From: Squalus acanthias
Taxonomy: Eukaryota
Assembly (NCBI GenBank): GCA_030390025.1
Contig: CM059432.1
Location: 68,450,001-68,514,000 of the forward strand
Length of the DNA: 64,000 bases
Direction: 5' to 3'
Shown here: positions 38,369-52,093 of the stretch, piece after piece
Layout: every line of letters starts with the position of its first letter
Position numbering within the stretch: the first letter of the stretch is position 1
Translations under genes and position numbers: made by a program
The notes under the pieces: model-generated
What the model was told of the DNA's origin: nothing
What the model saw: the letters and a program-made list of their open reading frames with translations, nothing else
The model's database searches: none

Positions 38369-40489
38369 TTCGACTTAGATTCCCTGCATTACTGAGTAAC
38401 TTACATTGAGTTTTGTTACTGAAAATACCAGATTGATTAGAGAAGGAAATTAGCAGCTTGGGAAACCAATTCAAAGACCAAAATCCCTTGAGGAGATGAG
38501 TGAAAGTGTACATTCCAGATTCTGACTTCCTCAAATATTCACAATTGCAGCAGTCACTTCATGAGCAGTGAGAAATAAAAGGCACAATACTCTGGGCACT
38601 GTGTCAGAAATCTTTCTGGCATTGTGACAAGGGAAAGATCACTTCTCAGCAAGAACCTATTCATCTTCCAGAATTTGAAATATAATGAAAGTCTAGAGAA
38701 GATACAAGTAAAATGCAAGGAAAAGATAGGTGAGATGTTGGGAACAAAGAAATAGGCTACTGTATGCTACTACATCTGTATGCAAGTCATGTAATTCAAA
38801 CTCTATCAAACATATCTCATTCCAAATGACTTTTCATAGTACGATATGATGATAATAATTTGTGTTGGAGGTAGCAATTTCAGTAAAGGGAATGAAACTC
38901 ATATATTTGTTTTGGGAATGTCAACAGGCTAGAACTTTCGTCATAGTCAAAAAATTCTATTCCAAACACTTAAGAGCAGAGGTATCATTGAACATCCCCA
39001 TTAAGGATTCCGGGGTGACTGGCAGTTTGCAACTCCCTGAGACTGCTAGAATATTTGCCAAAAAGCTTGTCATGATAAAGTGAGGGATGGAGCTCTCCAG
39101 GACTCGGCAATATGGAAAAGGTATCTATTGATTGCTTGAGCTTCCAAAACAAATTTGAAAGCCTATGGTGTTCAGAAGTATGAGAATGGAATCAAATCAT
39201 ACTTGTGCTGGTAGTGCTTATGAATTATCTTCAGGTTCATTCAATGGTTTTGGTATGTGCAATAACTGGTATCATAGGATGACAGCAATGTTGGGTGAAA
39301 TTGTGACAAATGTTTTTCACTCTAGTTTTCTACATTACAGCACTTGCTGTGTTTAAAAATCATTCAAAAGCAGAACTGACCCCTTTTTTATTTTGTTGCA
39401 GATTTTTATTTGAACTTATTTCAGTCATTAAAAATGAATTTTTTGGGGCCTTTGCACTCCTGAAATAAAAATCTAAATTATGCTTCCAAGTGTGTATTAT
39501 CTTCTTTATCTCAGTAAGAAGCTTTCAACAGCTAAGACTGCAGTTCCCCTGAGTCATCTGTCTGTCACAATTTTGAATAAACACTGAGTCACCACCACTG
39601 GTGAAGCATCCATTAGAAAGTCTTACAATATACACAGTTTACTGGGGAAAAAGGGGAAAATTAAGTGAAAGTATGTTTGAAATGAACTACATATTGTATT
39701 TGTTTATATAATTATTAATTTTATCAATATTCAAAGTAAGAGTACTACCCAAAGTGTCATAAAATATTAGATTATAAGGAGATTCATATTGATATATTTT
39801 GTATTGATTATTATATTGACCTACTTACTGATCGTACATAACTTCATAAAAACTGATACATCTCTACATTTACTCAAACTGACAACATTGTAGGATCTGT
39901 ATAACTAACATAAATCTGATTTTTTTTGTAATTTGAAAATCTTCATTGTACAATTAGACTCATGACTTCCTGGTATTCTTTTAAAAATATGACATAGTTA
40001 TTTCAGGGAGACTGTTCTCTTCATGAATGAAGGAGCATCTGGAACTGATGATGATTTGTGAAGTTTAGAGCATAACAGGAATGGAATTGTTTATTTTGTA
40101 AACTTCCATATTGATAGTTTTGGTGTTCAGTAGTTCCCTAAATGGAAATTTTCATAAGGTATAAATATACAATACTTTATAGGGTACATTATATGAATTT
40201 CCGTTCCCACTGCAGAGCTTCACCTGGCAACAACGCATACCAGTAATTTGGGTTTGTAGTCAGCACGGCCCAAAGGATTTTCTGTACATTCACTTTAATT
40301 GCCAACATGTGCTCCTGGTGGGTGAAGCTGTGTACTCGGATTGCAAAACTGTGGGGTGCACTTTGTATTCCTATTGGGAAACTTTGCTTATTGAAAATTT
40401 GTATATAGGAAATTTAGACGCATGCTACACAGAAATTCGCCATGGTTCACTGCTGGAAGCCAAAGTCAGTAAATTGTCCCTTCATTACT

Positions 40490-41560
40490 AAACAAAGACA
40501 ACTTGCATTTATATAGCACATTTAACTAGTAAAATGTCCCCAGGTGCTTCACAGGAGTGTTATCAAACAAAATTTGACACCGAGCCACATAAGGAGGTAT
40601 TAGGGCAGATGACTAAAAGCTTGGTCAAAGAGGTAGGTTTTAAGGAGCGTCTTAAAGGAGGAAAGAGAGGTAGAGCAGTGGAGAGGTTTAGGGAGGGAAT
40701 TCCAGAGCTTAGGGCCTTGGCAACAGAAGGAACAGCCACCAATGGTGGAGTAACTAAATCTGTGGATGCGCAAGAGGCCAGAATTGGAGGAGCATAGATG
40801 TATCGGAGGGTTGTAGGACTTGAAGAGGTTACAGAGATAGGAAGGGGCGAGGCCATGGAGGGATTTGAAAGCAAGGACGAGAATTTTAAAATTGAGGCAT
40901 TGCTCAACTGGGTGCCAATGTAGGTCAGCGAGTACATGGGCAATGGGTGAATGGGACTTGGAACACGGGCAGCAGAGTTTTGGATGACCTCAAGTTTATG
41001 GAGAGTGCAAGATGGGAGGCCAGCCGGGAGTGCATTGGAATAGTCAAGTCTACAGGTAACAAAGACATGGATGAGGGATTCAGCAGCAAATGAGCTGAGG
41101 CAGGGGCAGAGTTGGGCAATGTTACAGAGGTGGAAGTAGGCGGTCTTAGTGATGGTACGGATATGTGGTCAGAAGCTCATGTTGGTGTCAAATAGGACAC
41201 CAAGGTTGCGAACAGTTCGGTTCAGCCTCAGACTACTGCCAGGGAGAGGGAAAGAGTTGATGGCTAGAGAATGAAGTTTGTGGTGGGGACTGAAGACAAT
41301 GGCTTCGGTCTTCCCAATATTTAGTTGGAGGAAATTTCTGCTCATCCAGTACTGGATGTTGGACTAGCAATCTCACAATTTAGAGACAGTGGAGGGGTCG
41401 AGAGAGGTGGTGGTGAGGTAGAGCTGGGTGTCGTCAACGTACATGTGGAATCTGATGTTGTATTTTCAGATGATGTCGTTGAGGAGCAGCATGTAGATGA
41501 GAAATAGGAGGGGGCCAAGGATAGATCCTTGGGGGGGACTCCAGAAGTAATGGTGCGGGA
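40490..41560 (-). mobile_element. L2 LINE 3' portion
   Basis: Homologous to 1-428; minus strand carries RT remnants (GVP..SILGPLLFLIYM, FHMYVDDTQLY). Confidence 0.85.
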
Positions 41561-42518
41561 GCAATATTGTAAAGAAAAGCCAAGTAGAAATAATATAAAA
41601 TTCACCTGGGAATGCCTGAAATGGGAAGTATTCCAGTCCCCAACATTAACATCCCTCACCCTGATGAACACAAAAATCTGTCCCTCTTTAAATAAAGTAT
41701 ATGGCAGATATATATACACTAATGAAAATCATTAGTGTACATTAACGTATAGTTTTTCTTTTCAAATAGTACTCTCACTGTAAACCCCGCAGGAGTATAG
41801 CGGAAGGACTGCACATTAAATCAGGACCTGGGTATGGTGCGTTAACAACAAGTTGGGAATTTCCTGTGCTCTTTGTTGAGAATGCACCCTAAACAATGTC
41901 ATTGAGACAAAGGGGGAAGGGCCAGGTGCAAGGACTCCCAGACCTAGGAATTCCCACAATCTCTACCTCCCAGTGAAAGGAGGCATACCACTGCTTCAGT
42001 AGCACATGGGAGGACCACATGGGATTCATAACTGGAGTGTGGCCTCAATCCCCACCCCCACCAACCCCATAAAGGAAAATGGTGAGTTTTCTAAAAACAT
42101 TTTTGTTTAGTGTAGTCCTTTTACAAAGGGGGTAAAGAGATTTCTTTCCAGAGCATCACTCCTAGAATTAGCAGCAGTAATTCCAATGTTCTGCTTATTC
42201 AACATGGTGAACGCCCAAAATGCACCCTCAGTCAGCCGGCATCCACCATTGCCATGCAAATAAAGGGGTCTTCACCTGACCATATGAAATTTGTCAGAGC
42301 CAATGGTGGCGGTTCCCAGCAAAAGCGATGCCAGCATAATTGCAGGGATTTCTGGTTCATGCCTTTTCGGGGTCATTAATTATGATCTATTGAAGTCTGT
42401 CATACATACTACCATCCATCCACCTACCTGTCTCTCTGTATAAATGAATCTAGGATTTTCTTATATTAGCGTCTATTATTAGTATACTAAAACATACATA
42501 ATTTGAGATAAAATTAGT

Positions 42519-43212
42519 GGGGTAGAGTTTCCATTTTGGGCGCAATCGGGATATCGGGCACAAATTGCACTTGTAATTGCGCTGATTAGGTTACAGTTCA
42601 CATTTCGGCTAAAATACATTTGCATAATCACAAACATAGAATCTTCCATATACTAATGGAATCGGTCAGCGTAATAGAACATAATTGTTTTTTGGGTTTT
42701 TTCTTTGCATTAAATAATATTCATTGATGTATTTAAGAGTGTTAATCTGGTGCAGTTTTATTAATACAGCTGAAAATGGGTTAATCACAAAAAATAAGCA
42801 TTTTTAATAAGAGTGTCCAGTCCACCACCATTTTAAATCCCTGAAAATTACTTTAAAAAACTACTGAACCATTTATTAGTTATATTTATTTTTTTATATA
42901 TAAAAATTTTAAAAACATGCTTATTAGTGCCTGTGCGCCTCAGTAACAAGCTCAATTTGAAGACACTCCTTGAATGGCCGCAAACGGGCACAATCGGTGG
43001 AACCTCACCATCTTCATTATTTCGATCTGGGGACGTGGTCACTTTGGTGAGCAGGGCCAGCTTCGGGGGCAATGATTTTTAAACCAACATTAAAGATCAC
43101 AGAAACTTGATTTACGTTTGACATAACTTACACTTGAGTTTCCGCAAATTTTTGCACTGATTCAGCTGATTGTGCCCGGATTTTGCTGATAATACTAGCG
43201 CAAACTCTAGGC
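42519..43212. mobile_element. MITE-like element
   Basis: Inverted termini GGTAGAGTTT / AAACTCTAGG; AT-rich centre. Confidence 0.55.
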
Positions 43213-43490
43213 TATTAGTAAGTATTTTGAAATGCATGGCTTAATCAAGGAGAGCCAGCATGGATTTGTTAAATTTGACAAATTGAATAGTGTTTTTTTA
43301 AGAAATAGCTGATTGGATAGATAAAGGGACTGCATTACAGGGAGTGTATATGGATTTTCAGAAGGCATTTGATAGGAGCTTTGTTAGAAAAATTCAGGGA
43401 TATGATATAGGGGAAATGTAGTAGCATGGGCAGAAAGTTGGCTGACAGGAGAGCTGAGGAGGAGAAGGAGGAAGAAGACGAGGAGGAGGA

Positions 43491-45203
43491 GAACATAAGA
43501 ACATAAGAAATAGGAGCAGGAGTAGGCCATTTGGCCACTCGAGCCTGCTCCGCCATTCAATAAAATCATGGCTGATCTTCTACCTCATCTACACTTTCCT
43601 GCACTATCCCCATATCCCTTGATTCCCTTAATATCCAAAAATCTATCAATCTCTGCCTTGAATATACTCAATGACTGAGCCTCCACAGCCCTTTGGGGTA
43701 GAGAATTCCAAAGATTCACCACCCTCTGAGAAATTTCTCCTCATCTCAGTCCTAAATGGCCAACCCCTTATTCTGAGACTGTGACCCCTGGTTCTAGACT
43801 CCCCAGCCAGGGGAAACATCCTCCCTGCATCTACCCTGTCAAGCCCTGTAAGAATTTTGTATGTTTCAATGGGATCACCCCTCATTCTTCTAAACGCTAG
43901 AGAATATAGGCCTAGTCTACTTAATCTCTCCTCATAGGACAATCCCCCCATCCCAGAAATCAGTCTGGTTAAACTTTGTTGCACTCCCTCTATGGCAAGT
44001 ATATCCTTCCTTAGGTAAGGAGATCAAAACTGTACACAATACTCCAGGTGTGGTCTCACCAGGACCCTATATAATTACAGTAAGACATCTTTACTCTTAT
44101 ACTCAAATCCTTTTGTAATAAAGGCCAACATACCATTTGCTTTCCTAATTGCTTGCTGTACCTGCATGTTAACCTTCAGTGATTTGTGTACAAGGACACC
44201 CAGGTCCCTCTGAACACCAACATTTCCCAATCTCTTACCATTTCAAAAATACTTGCTTTTCTATTTTTCCTACCAAAGTGGATAACTTCACATTTCTCCA
44301 CATTATATTCCATTTGCCATGTTCTTGCCCACTCACATAGCCTGTCTATATCCCCTTGAAGCCTCTTTGCATCCTCCTCACAACTTACATTCCCACCCAG
44401 CTTTGTATCATCAGCAAACTTGGATATATTGGCCCAAAAATTCGTGAGGAAGCCTTCGTGCGAGGGTAAGGCCTCCCCGCGATCTCTCACTCCGCGTTGG
44501 CTTTTTCAGTTCCAGCTCGCACGAACTTGATGTTCTGGACAGCTGCTGTGCTGGGCTTGCGTATCCCACCGGCGTAGTTAATTCGTGCGAGCTGTGGGAT
44601 CACGTGACTCAGTTAGAGCCAATGGCAGCACACCATCTTCCATTCATAACTTTCACATAAGTGCTGTGAAAGTTATGAATACTATAGCCCCCCAAAAGAA
44701 CCGCTAAACCTCAATTAAATTAAAAAGAAAAACCATCACATTAATAAAATAAGTATAGTTAAATAAATTAACCATTTTAAATAAAAAATTAAATTTTTGA
44801 AAAAATTTAAAATCTTTTAAAAAGTTATAAAAATAAACTTACCTGTCTTTAAAGTCTCTAAAAAAGATATACCTGTTAAAAAAAATTCAAAATAATACTT
44901 AATTCACTACTTACCTTGTTAAAAGTGGGTCTTACTCCTCTTTTTTATGTGTAGAATCTTCCGTACTTACCTGCGCGTTGAAACCACTAAGTGCACAGCG
45001 TGCGCGCAGCCTGTAGCGCGCACGCGGTTCACCTAGGACCCGCCCCCTTTTCCATTCACCAAGTGCCGGTTTTCAGCGCATGCGCAGTGCATGCAGAAAA
45101 CCGGCAATTGGAGACAGAATACGCGAGAGTACACAGTGCGTACTCTCGCGTAGCGGGACTAATTTTTGGGCCATTACATTTGGTCCCCTCATCCAAATCA
45201 TTG
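43491..45203 (-). mobile_element. CR1 3' portion inserted in the Glu-rich tail of a Harbinger transposase, itself split by a MITE
   Basis: ISKFADDTKLGG and LAFRRMRGDPIET; tail at 43491; GAG-rich sequence on both flanks. Confidence 0.9.
44431..45172. mobile_element. Hairpin-rich Harbinger-type MITE, copy 2
   Basis: TIRs GGCCCAAAAATT / AATTTTTGGGCC; ATT TSD; excision restores CR1 sequence GGATATATTACATTTGGTCCC. Confidence 0.9.
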
Positions 45204-45296
45204 GTGGAAGAGGAGGAAAAGGGAGGAGGCAACCAACACAGCCGTTTTCTGACCGGGCTGTCCGTGATCAACTTATTCGACTGTGGTACCAGTGAA
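45204..45296 (+). pseudogene. Harbinger transposase C-terminus
   Basis: Glu-rich stretch then RRQPTQPFSDRAVRDQLIRLWYQ*, convergent with the Myb gene. Confidence 0.6.
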
Positions 45297-45525
45297 CGCA
45301 ACTCCAATTCTCCATTCACCAACAGTCCCACACCTTATCTTCCCTCTGTTACTGACCATCACAGCGTCCTCTTGGCCATAATGCTACAATAAAAGTCACC
45401 ACAAAACAAACATTCCAAACCAAATTTATAAATCAAACCATCGAATATTGCATACCAAATAATCACCCTTGTGCATTCCCTTTGTGCTTGTCTTCCACGT
45501 GCCTTTGAATGTCCTAGTCCTAGTG

Positions 45526-47343
45526 CTAACCCAGTGGCTGCAGTATGGCTGGTGGAAGGCTGCTGACTTTCAGTGGGGAGACTGCAGATGACTTTGGAGG
45601 ATGACCTCGAGCAGCTCTGGCCCTTGAAGGCCCGACTTCAGACTGCACCAACTCAGCATGGGTGGCAGCAGTCTGGGCTGGCTGGCTGACAGGCAAAAAC
45701 AAAGGCACTGGCAGAGTGGCAGTGATGGGAACATGAATGCTGTCATCCTGAGAGAGGACAGCAGGTTTGTGCTCCACGGAGCCACTGCCACTGCCACTCC
45801 CCTGGGGCGGTGCCTCAGCAATCCTAGTAATCTGTTGGACGACAGATTGCTGGACTGGTGTGACACCCTGCAAGCACCATTTCAACACTGGTAACCGCAG
45901 CCACATTGGCAGCATTCTGAGCTTGTGTGGCAGCAAGCTGAGCTTGCGTGACTGAAGTCTAAGCTTCCACTTCAGCACCCAGACATTGGATGGCTTCTGC
46001 TTGTGCTACAATGGAAGCTGAGACATCAGTCATCAGATGCTGCATCATGGTTGGGTCCACAAGTGTGCTAATGGAGTTGCCCATCACTCCCATGCTGGAA
46101 AGGATGGGCTCCAAGCTCTGCACAAAGCCCTGTGCTAGTGCCGGACCCTTCCATGCTCCTTGACATTGCACTCAGGCTTTCTGGCAGGCTTGCCAAAGCA
46201 CCAAGAATTTTGATGTGCGTACCCATCAGCCTTCTTCAGTAAGCCGCCTCATCGAAGTCCTCATCCGAGTCCTGTGCAGCAGAACTTGTGTGTGACTTCG
46301 CCCTCCAGGGAGCTGGCACCTGCGCTACCCTTTCCCCCTGCCCTGGCGTCTCACTATGTGCAGATCCCGGGTCTAATCTATCCTCTAAAGTACGCAAAGT
46401 GTCAGTATCTGAGCTGGTGGCTGCGAGTGTGAAATCAAGTGACAGTGAGTCTTCAGCATCACTTCCTTCTTCCTCTTGCAGTTCCTGCTCCTCATTCACT
46501 GCCGAGCCAGGTTGCGGTTCTTGGCTATCTGAAAGGAGAAAGGCACAAGGGTAGGGTTGCGGTGAAGGGAGGGGGGAAAGCAAGAGGTGCATTCTTACAC
46601 CATCTGCATCATGTAAATCAGAAAAGATTGTGGGATGAGGAGGAAGTGGGATGTGAGAAGGAGGATTAGGTATGAGAATACCATCATCTTGGATTGTTTC
46701 AGCCCTGCCGCTGGCCACAGGCTCAGTGATGGCCACTCCAATAATCTCCAACACTGTCTCCTCCATAGGGGTTATATCATGTAGGTGTGTCTGTCTCCCT
46801 GCGGGTAACCCCTGCTGCCTCCGGTTATGATCCACCTTGTCCTGCAAGTGAGAGGGAAGTGTGTCAGTGAGTGTGGTGCAATGTGTTTGTGTGATGTGCC
46901 TATCATGGTTGAATAGCTGACAGTGTGTGCAAGCTGTGAGATGTGGGTGTGAGGCTTGCAGTAGTGCCAAGTGTGTGAGGGTGAGGTGAAGGTATAAGTT
47001 ATGATTGATAGAGATTGTTGGTAGTTGAGTGAAGGGGGGGCGGGGCGGTGAATTGAGCAGTGTCTGAGCCTAAGTATATGGCATTTGACGATGAATTCAC
47101 TGACCTTGACTACTCGTGTGAGGTCATTAAACTTCTTGCAGCATTGCATCCAGGTCCTCGGGGCTACACTGCTGGCATTGATCGTGCCGGTTATGTGCCC
47201 CCATTGCCTTTTCAGAGTTTGTCTGGAGGGCCTCCTGGCCCCCTGCAGATACAAGACCTCTCTCCTCTTTTCACCTCCTGCACCAAGGCCTCCAGTGCTG
47301 CGCAAAGGAATCTTGGAGCCCACCCTCTGTCCTGTTGCGCCAT
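45526..47343 (-). pseudogene. Harbinger Myb/SANT-like DNA-binding protein gene, 3 exons, disrupted
   Basis: ATG at 47343: MAQQDRGWAPRFLCAALEALVQEV/RREVLY..QW..RTWMQCCKKFNDLTRVVK; GT-AG introns 47104-46842 and 46681-46529; frameshift in exon 1 and stops in exon 3. Confidence 0.85.
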
Positions 47344-47549
47344 CAGCTTGCTGCTTCTTCTTCTTGTTCACACTCTCTTCCCGAGCCTTTTAGAGGTGAA
47401 GGCTGCCTTTAAGTAATGCAGGCTAGCTTTAAGTGGTCCTAGCCTCGCACGAACTTGGGCCCCCTGCTGAGGCGTGCAGCCACTCAGCAGCACATTCTGC
47501 ACTGGGCTGCACGCTTCTATTATTTAAATTAACAGAAAGCACGAAGTTT

Positions 47550-48400
47550 GCTTCAGAAAGACCTGCACATTACTTTGAAAATAAGTACGGTACTACCAGT
47601 AACTTTCAAGGTGACTACAGCTATGAATTTGTACGTTTCCTTCCAGACAAGCACAGGGAACATCAGCAATATCTGCCAATTTGTTGTCCATATATGTATT
47701 AAACAGGTAACTAATGCTTTGTTTCGAAGGAATATCGTCTTCATCCCCTTTTCCACTGACCAGCAACAGCAACAATCCCCTGGACTGCTGGCTTTCCAAA
47801 AGCAAATCGATGATTGATTGCACCAATTTTACCATCTGGGCTTCTAGCCATAATGTAATGGCCCACACAAATAGAAAGGAGGTCTACTTCATTAATCTGC
47901 AGCTATTCAGTGATCATCAGCACCATATCATGCAGGTCAATTCACTCTTCCCAGGCAGCACAATGAAGCTTTCATTTTGTTCCAATCATCTTTGTAAAGC
48001 TAATTTGAAAGTGAAGGAAGACTGGAAAATGGCTTCTTGAAGACCAAGACTACCGCCTTCATCCCTGTCTGATATACCTTGCAGCAGCTACTGACAGAAG
48101 CAGAAATGAAGCCCATATTACCACCAGGATCATTATTGAGCATATCATTGGCATCTAGAAGTAGTGCTTCAGATGTCTGAAAAGATCAACGCATCTTATG
48201 GTACAGCCCAGGGTCTCCACAATCATCATTGTGTGCTATATTTTTGCTATACAAAGAGTCCTCACCACAGAAGAGGCGGTCAACCCAAATTCAAGGCCAG
48301 GGTGGGACGAGGACATAGCCTTTGAACACCAATGCAGCCAGGAGCAGTGATGGCCAGGTGCTTATACAACTCATGTTCAACTGAGACTCTGTCCTTTAAG
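47550..48400 (+). pseudogene. Decayed Harbinger transposase
   Basis: LPVTFKVTTAMNLY..SFQTSTGNISNICQFVVHICIKQVTNALF; IDCT..NRKEVYFINLQLFSDHQHHIMQVNSLFPGS. Confidence 0.85.
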
Positions 48401-48834
48401 GAATTAATCGGTCCTCATGTGAACAATAAAGTGACCTAAAACACCTTCAGTAACACTTTCTTCTGCACCTTTAGAACCAACATCGACACTCATTCTTTAC
48501 TGTGGTGCTATTATTCTCCACAAATTTATTGGCCTAGTAAGTGATATTATCTTTTCTCACATGCTTTCCCATATTATTCGTGAACTTACTGTACTGCTAA
48601 CAATTTCTTACGAGTACTTCCTTTGTGGCAAGAATAAGTATGTTAACTGGCTGCAGGATTTCAGTGGTAGAAAGTTGGGATCAGACAGCTCTGTACCTCC
48701 ATATGCTGGTTCATGAGATTGCCCTGCAACTGATTCAGTAACATACGATGCTACTGTGGCTGGCTTATCCTGCCCACTTTCTGGCAAATTTACTGATACT
48801 TGCAGAGAGTGCTGGATGGATGCTGACTCTTTGA

Positions 48835-49935
48835 AACAACAATTAGTCCCACTCACCTGCTCTTTCCCCAATGCCCTGCAATTTTCTTCTTTCCAAGTAT
48901 ATAGCCAGTTCCCTTTAAAAATTACTGTTGAATCTGCTTCTACCAGCCTTCCAAGCATTGCATTCCAAATCATAACAACTCGCTGCATCACATTTTTGGC
49001 CCTAATCTCCCCCCTGGTTCTTTTGTCAATTATCTTAAATCTGTGCCCTCTGGTTACTGACCCTCCTGCCAGTGGAAACACTTTCTCCTCATCGACTCTA
49101 TCAGAACCCCTCTTAATATTGAACACCTCTTATCAAATCTCTCTTTACCCTCTCTGTTAGAAGGAGAACATTTCCAGCTTCTCTACTCTCTCTATGTAAC
49201 TGAAGTCTTTCATCCCTTGCACCATTCTAATAAATCCCTTCTGCACCCTCTCCAAGGCCTTGACATCCTTCCTAAAGTATGATGCCCAGAATTGGACACA
49301 ATACTCCAGCTGAGGCCGAACCGGTGATTTATCAAGGTTTACCGTAACTTTCATACTCTCTGCCTCTTTTTATAAATCTAAGGATCCCGTATGCTTTTTT
49401 TTTAACAGCCTATCAACTTATCCTACTACCTTCACAGATTTGTGTATGTGAACCTCTAGGTCTCCCTGTTCCTGCACCCCATTTAAAATGATAACATTTA
49501 GTTTGTATTGCCTCTCCTCATTCTTCCTTCCAAAATGCATCATTTCACACTTTTCTGCATTAAATCTCATCTGCCATGTGTCTGTTCATTTCACCAGTCT
49601 GTCTATTTCCTCCTGAAGTCTGCTACTGTCCACCTCACTGTTTGCTACATTTCCAAGTTTTGTGTAATCTGCAAACTTTGAAATTGTGCCCCTTATACCT
49701 AAGACCAGGTCATTAATATGTATCAAAAGAACAGTGGTCCTAATACTGACACTTGGAGGACACCACTGTATACTTCAATCCAGTCTGAAAAACAACCATA
49801 CACCACTACTCTCTGCTTTCTGTCTCAACCAATTCCGTATCCACGCTGCCACTGCCTCTTTAATCCCAAGGGGTTCAATTTTGCTAACAAGCCTATTATG
49901 TGGCACTTTATCGAATGCTTTTTGAAAGTCCGTAT
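48835..49935 (-). mobile_element. CR1 LINE 3' portion, decayed
   Basis: DFQKAFDKVPHNRL, RPQLEYCVQFW, TRGHRFK. Confidence 0.9.
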
Positions 49936-50222
49936 AGCTAGTGGAAGACCTCCATCTTTTTTCCTTTCCTACTCTCTTGATGGTATCCCAACCAACGATG
50001 TCCAAGTTGACCTCCTCAAGCAGTGTCAAGGGCTTGTAATGCCTAAGTCTTCCTCCTGTTTTGCTGTTCTCATTATTATGTTCAATTTTTCCTCCAGGCA
50101 GATAAGTAATCTTGAGATATTGCAAGTTTAGGGATCACAGAAAATTACATACATGCAGCCTATCCTGTCTGACGGTAAATTTAGAAAAGATAGAGAGGGA
50201 AAAAGGGGAGGTGGAGGAGCTG

Positions 50223-50463
50223 TACTTATTGAAGTGTAGTCACTGTTGCAATGTAGGAAACGCGGCAGCCAATTTGAACACAGCAAACTCCCACAAACAG
50301 CAATGTGATAATGACCAGATAATCTGTTTTAGTAATGTTGATGGAGAGATAAATATTGGCCAGGACACTGGGGATTACTCCCCTGCTCTTCTTCGGAATA
50401 GCGCCATGAGAGGGCAGACTTGGTTTAATGTCTCATCTGAAATACGGGACGTCTCATCTGAAA
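50223..50463 (-). mobile_element. Deu-domain SINE fragment
   Basis: Homologous to 24405-24650. Confidence 0.8.
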
Positions 50464-50689
50464 ATAAATATGCTAAGCTGTTTTACCAAGATCTTTGTAT
50501 GACCAATGAGTCGTAAGTTGCTGCTTGTATTTATCCCATGCTGCATTATGGTTAGTACAGAAGGCAATCCGTTTATCTCATGGAAGAACTGCACATGATA
50601 AGCTTCTATTAATGCTTAGGAAAGTGCAGCAAAAAATGATTTTCAGATTATGTGGGTACACTTTATGATATACCGGTACTTGGTATTGA

Positions 50690-50960
50690 AAGCTGCACTT
50701 CAGCCATATCTTAGCAACTTTTGTCACGTCAGTCATCTTCTTGGCCTATATGCTCTAGATTCTGCAGACAGCATTCATTTTCTCAGCAATCGTCTCCCAA
50801 GATTGTTGAATGAGCCTTTTTGAGCAGAATGTCCATCTGTCTCATTCTGGATAGCCCTCCTTTCCCACATCATTAATCAGGGCACCCTGTGCTTGGTCTT
50901 TGAAGCATGTCATTCTCGTTCTTCCAGTTTCCATTCGACAGCAACATTGAAGAAAAACAC
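50690..50960 (-). pseudogene. Myb/SANT remnant, probable partner of the 47550 transposase
   Basis: QQSWETIAEKMNAVCR..KKMTDVTKVAK resembles the W..IA..+N..KK+ND+T+ pattern. Confidence 0.5.
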
Positions 50961-51113
50961 TTAGCTATTTTTCCCTGTGCAGATGCAGGGATTTAAATGC
51001 CTGTTCAAGCATTTTAACTTCAGCTCTCCATGTTAATTAATGCTGACGCTTTGTTGGGCAGTCCAATGTTCTGGCGAAAGATTGCAAGGTTTATACATGG
51101 AAATAAAAATGAT

Positions 51114-51812
51114 GGGCCAGAATTTACTGTGGCTGGCGAATGAACGGCACCCACTGTTTGTTAGGCTTGCCCATGCCCATTTAATTTCTCTGAATTTTTG
51201 CACTGGAAGTTGCTGCAAGTTAGAGATCCAAATGGTGCAGCGCCCTCTACAGGGCATCTGGGACCTGTGTTAACAAGGCAAGCACCGGAGTGTCTCCTTA
51301 ACCAATCAAGTTGAAGTCTTGTTAATGACTAGTGCAGAGTCTGAACCAGGAAGTGTAAGTTAGAATAGTGAATTCAATGTCAAATCAAGTGAAAGCAAAA
51401 TAAAGAGAGGGAAAGAAAGATCGGATTAAGAGAGAAAGAAAAAGAGACAGAAAGATAAAGTTAAAAAAATTTAAATTTTTAAAAATTTCCAACAATTAAA
51501 ATCTGAAGGAATTAAAAACCACATTTGCAAAAGTAAATTTTCAGTGCCAGAGAGCTTATTTGGCAGTAATTAAGATTTATCACTCCGTTAAAAAGGGTAC
51601 TTAGACTGAAATGGACAAGCCCTAAATTTGTGGCAAGTTTAATCCGTATCTACGACGAAAGTACAGGAAATTCACACCGTTAAATACATTTGAATGGGGA
51701 TCCAGATGGGGAGATGCCGTTTTTGCACAGCTAACGGAGTAGAGGCGCATCTCGGACAGCAACTTCCAGATTTTCGATTTTAACTGCGCATTTGCGCTCA
51801 CCTGAAGTTGCT
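51114..51812. mobile_element. MITE-like element (family A), right end truncated by a CR1 tail
   Basis: GGGCCAGAATTT terminus; collinear with the fragmented copy at 56051-56126 + 59198-59395 + 60646-60930. Confidence 0.7.
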
Positions 51813-52093
51813 TAAGAACATAAGAATTAGGAGCAGGAGTAGGCCATATGGCCCCTCAAGCCTGCTCCGCCATTCAATAAGATCATGGCTGATCTTCGAC
51901 CTCAACTCCACTTTCCCGCCCAATCCCCATGTCCCTTGATTCCCCTAGAGTCCAAAAATCTATCGATCTCAGCCTTGGATATACTCAATGACTGAGCATC
52001 CACAGTCCTTTGGGGTAGAGAATTCCAAAGATTCACAACCCTCTGTCTTAAATGACCGACCCCTTATCTTGAGACTATGCCCCCTAGTTCTAG
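51813..52093 (-). mobile_element. CR1 3' fragment
   Basis: Close match to 43494-43800 with an internal deletion. Confidence 0.85.

Noticed and set aside
39402..40158. Possible plus-strand exons after acceptors at ~39401 and ~40006
   Set aside because: Weak donors and stop codons; indistinguishable from chance without RNA data.
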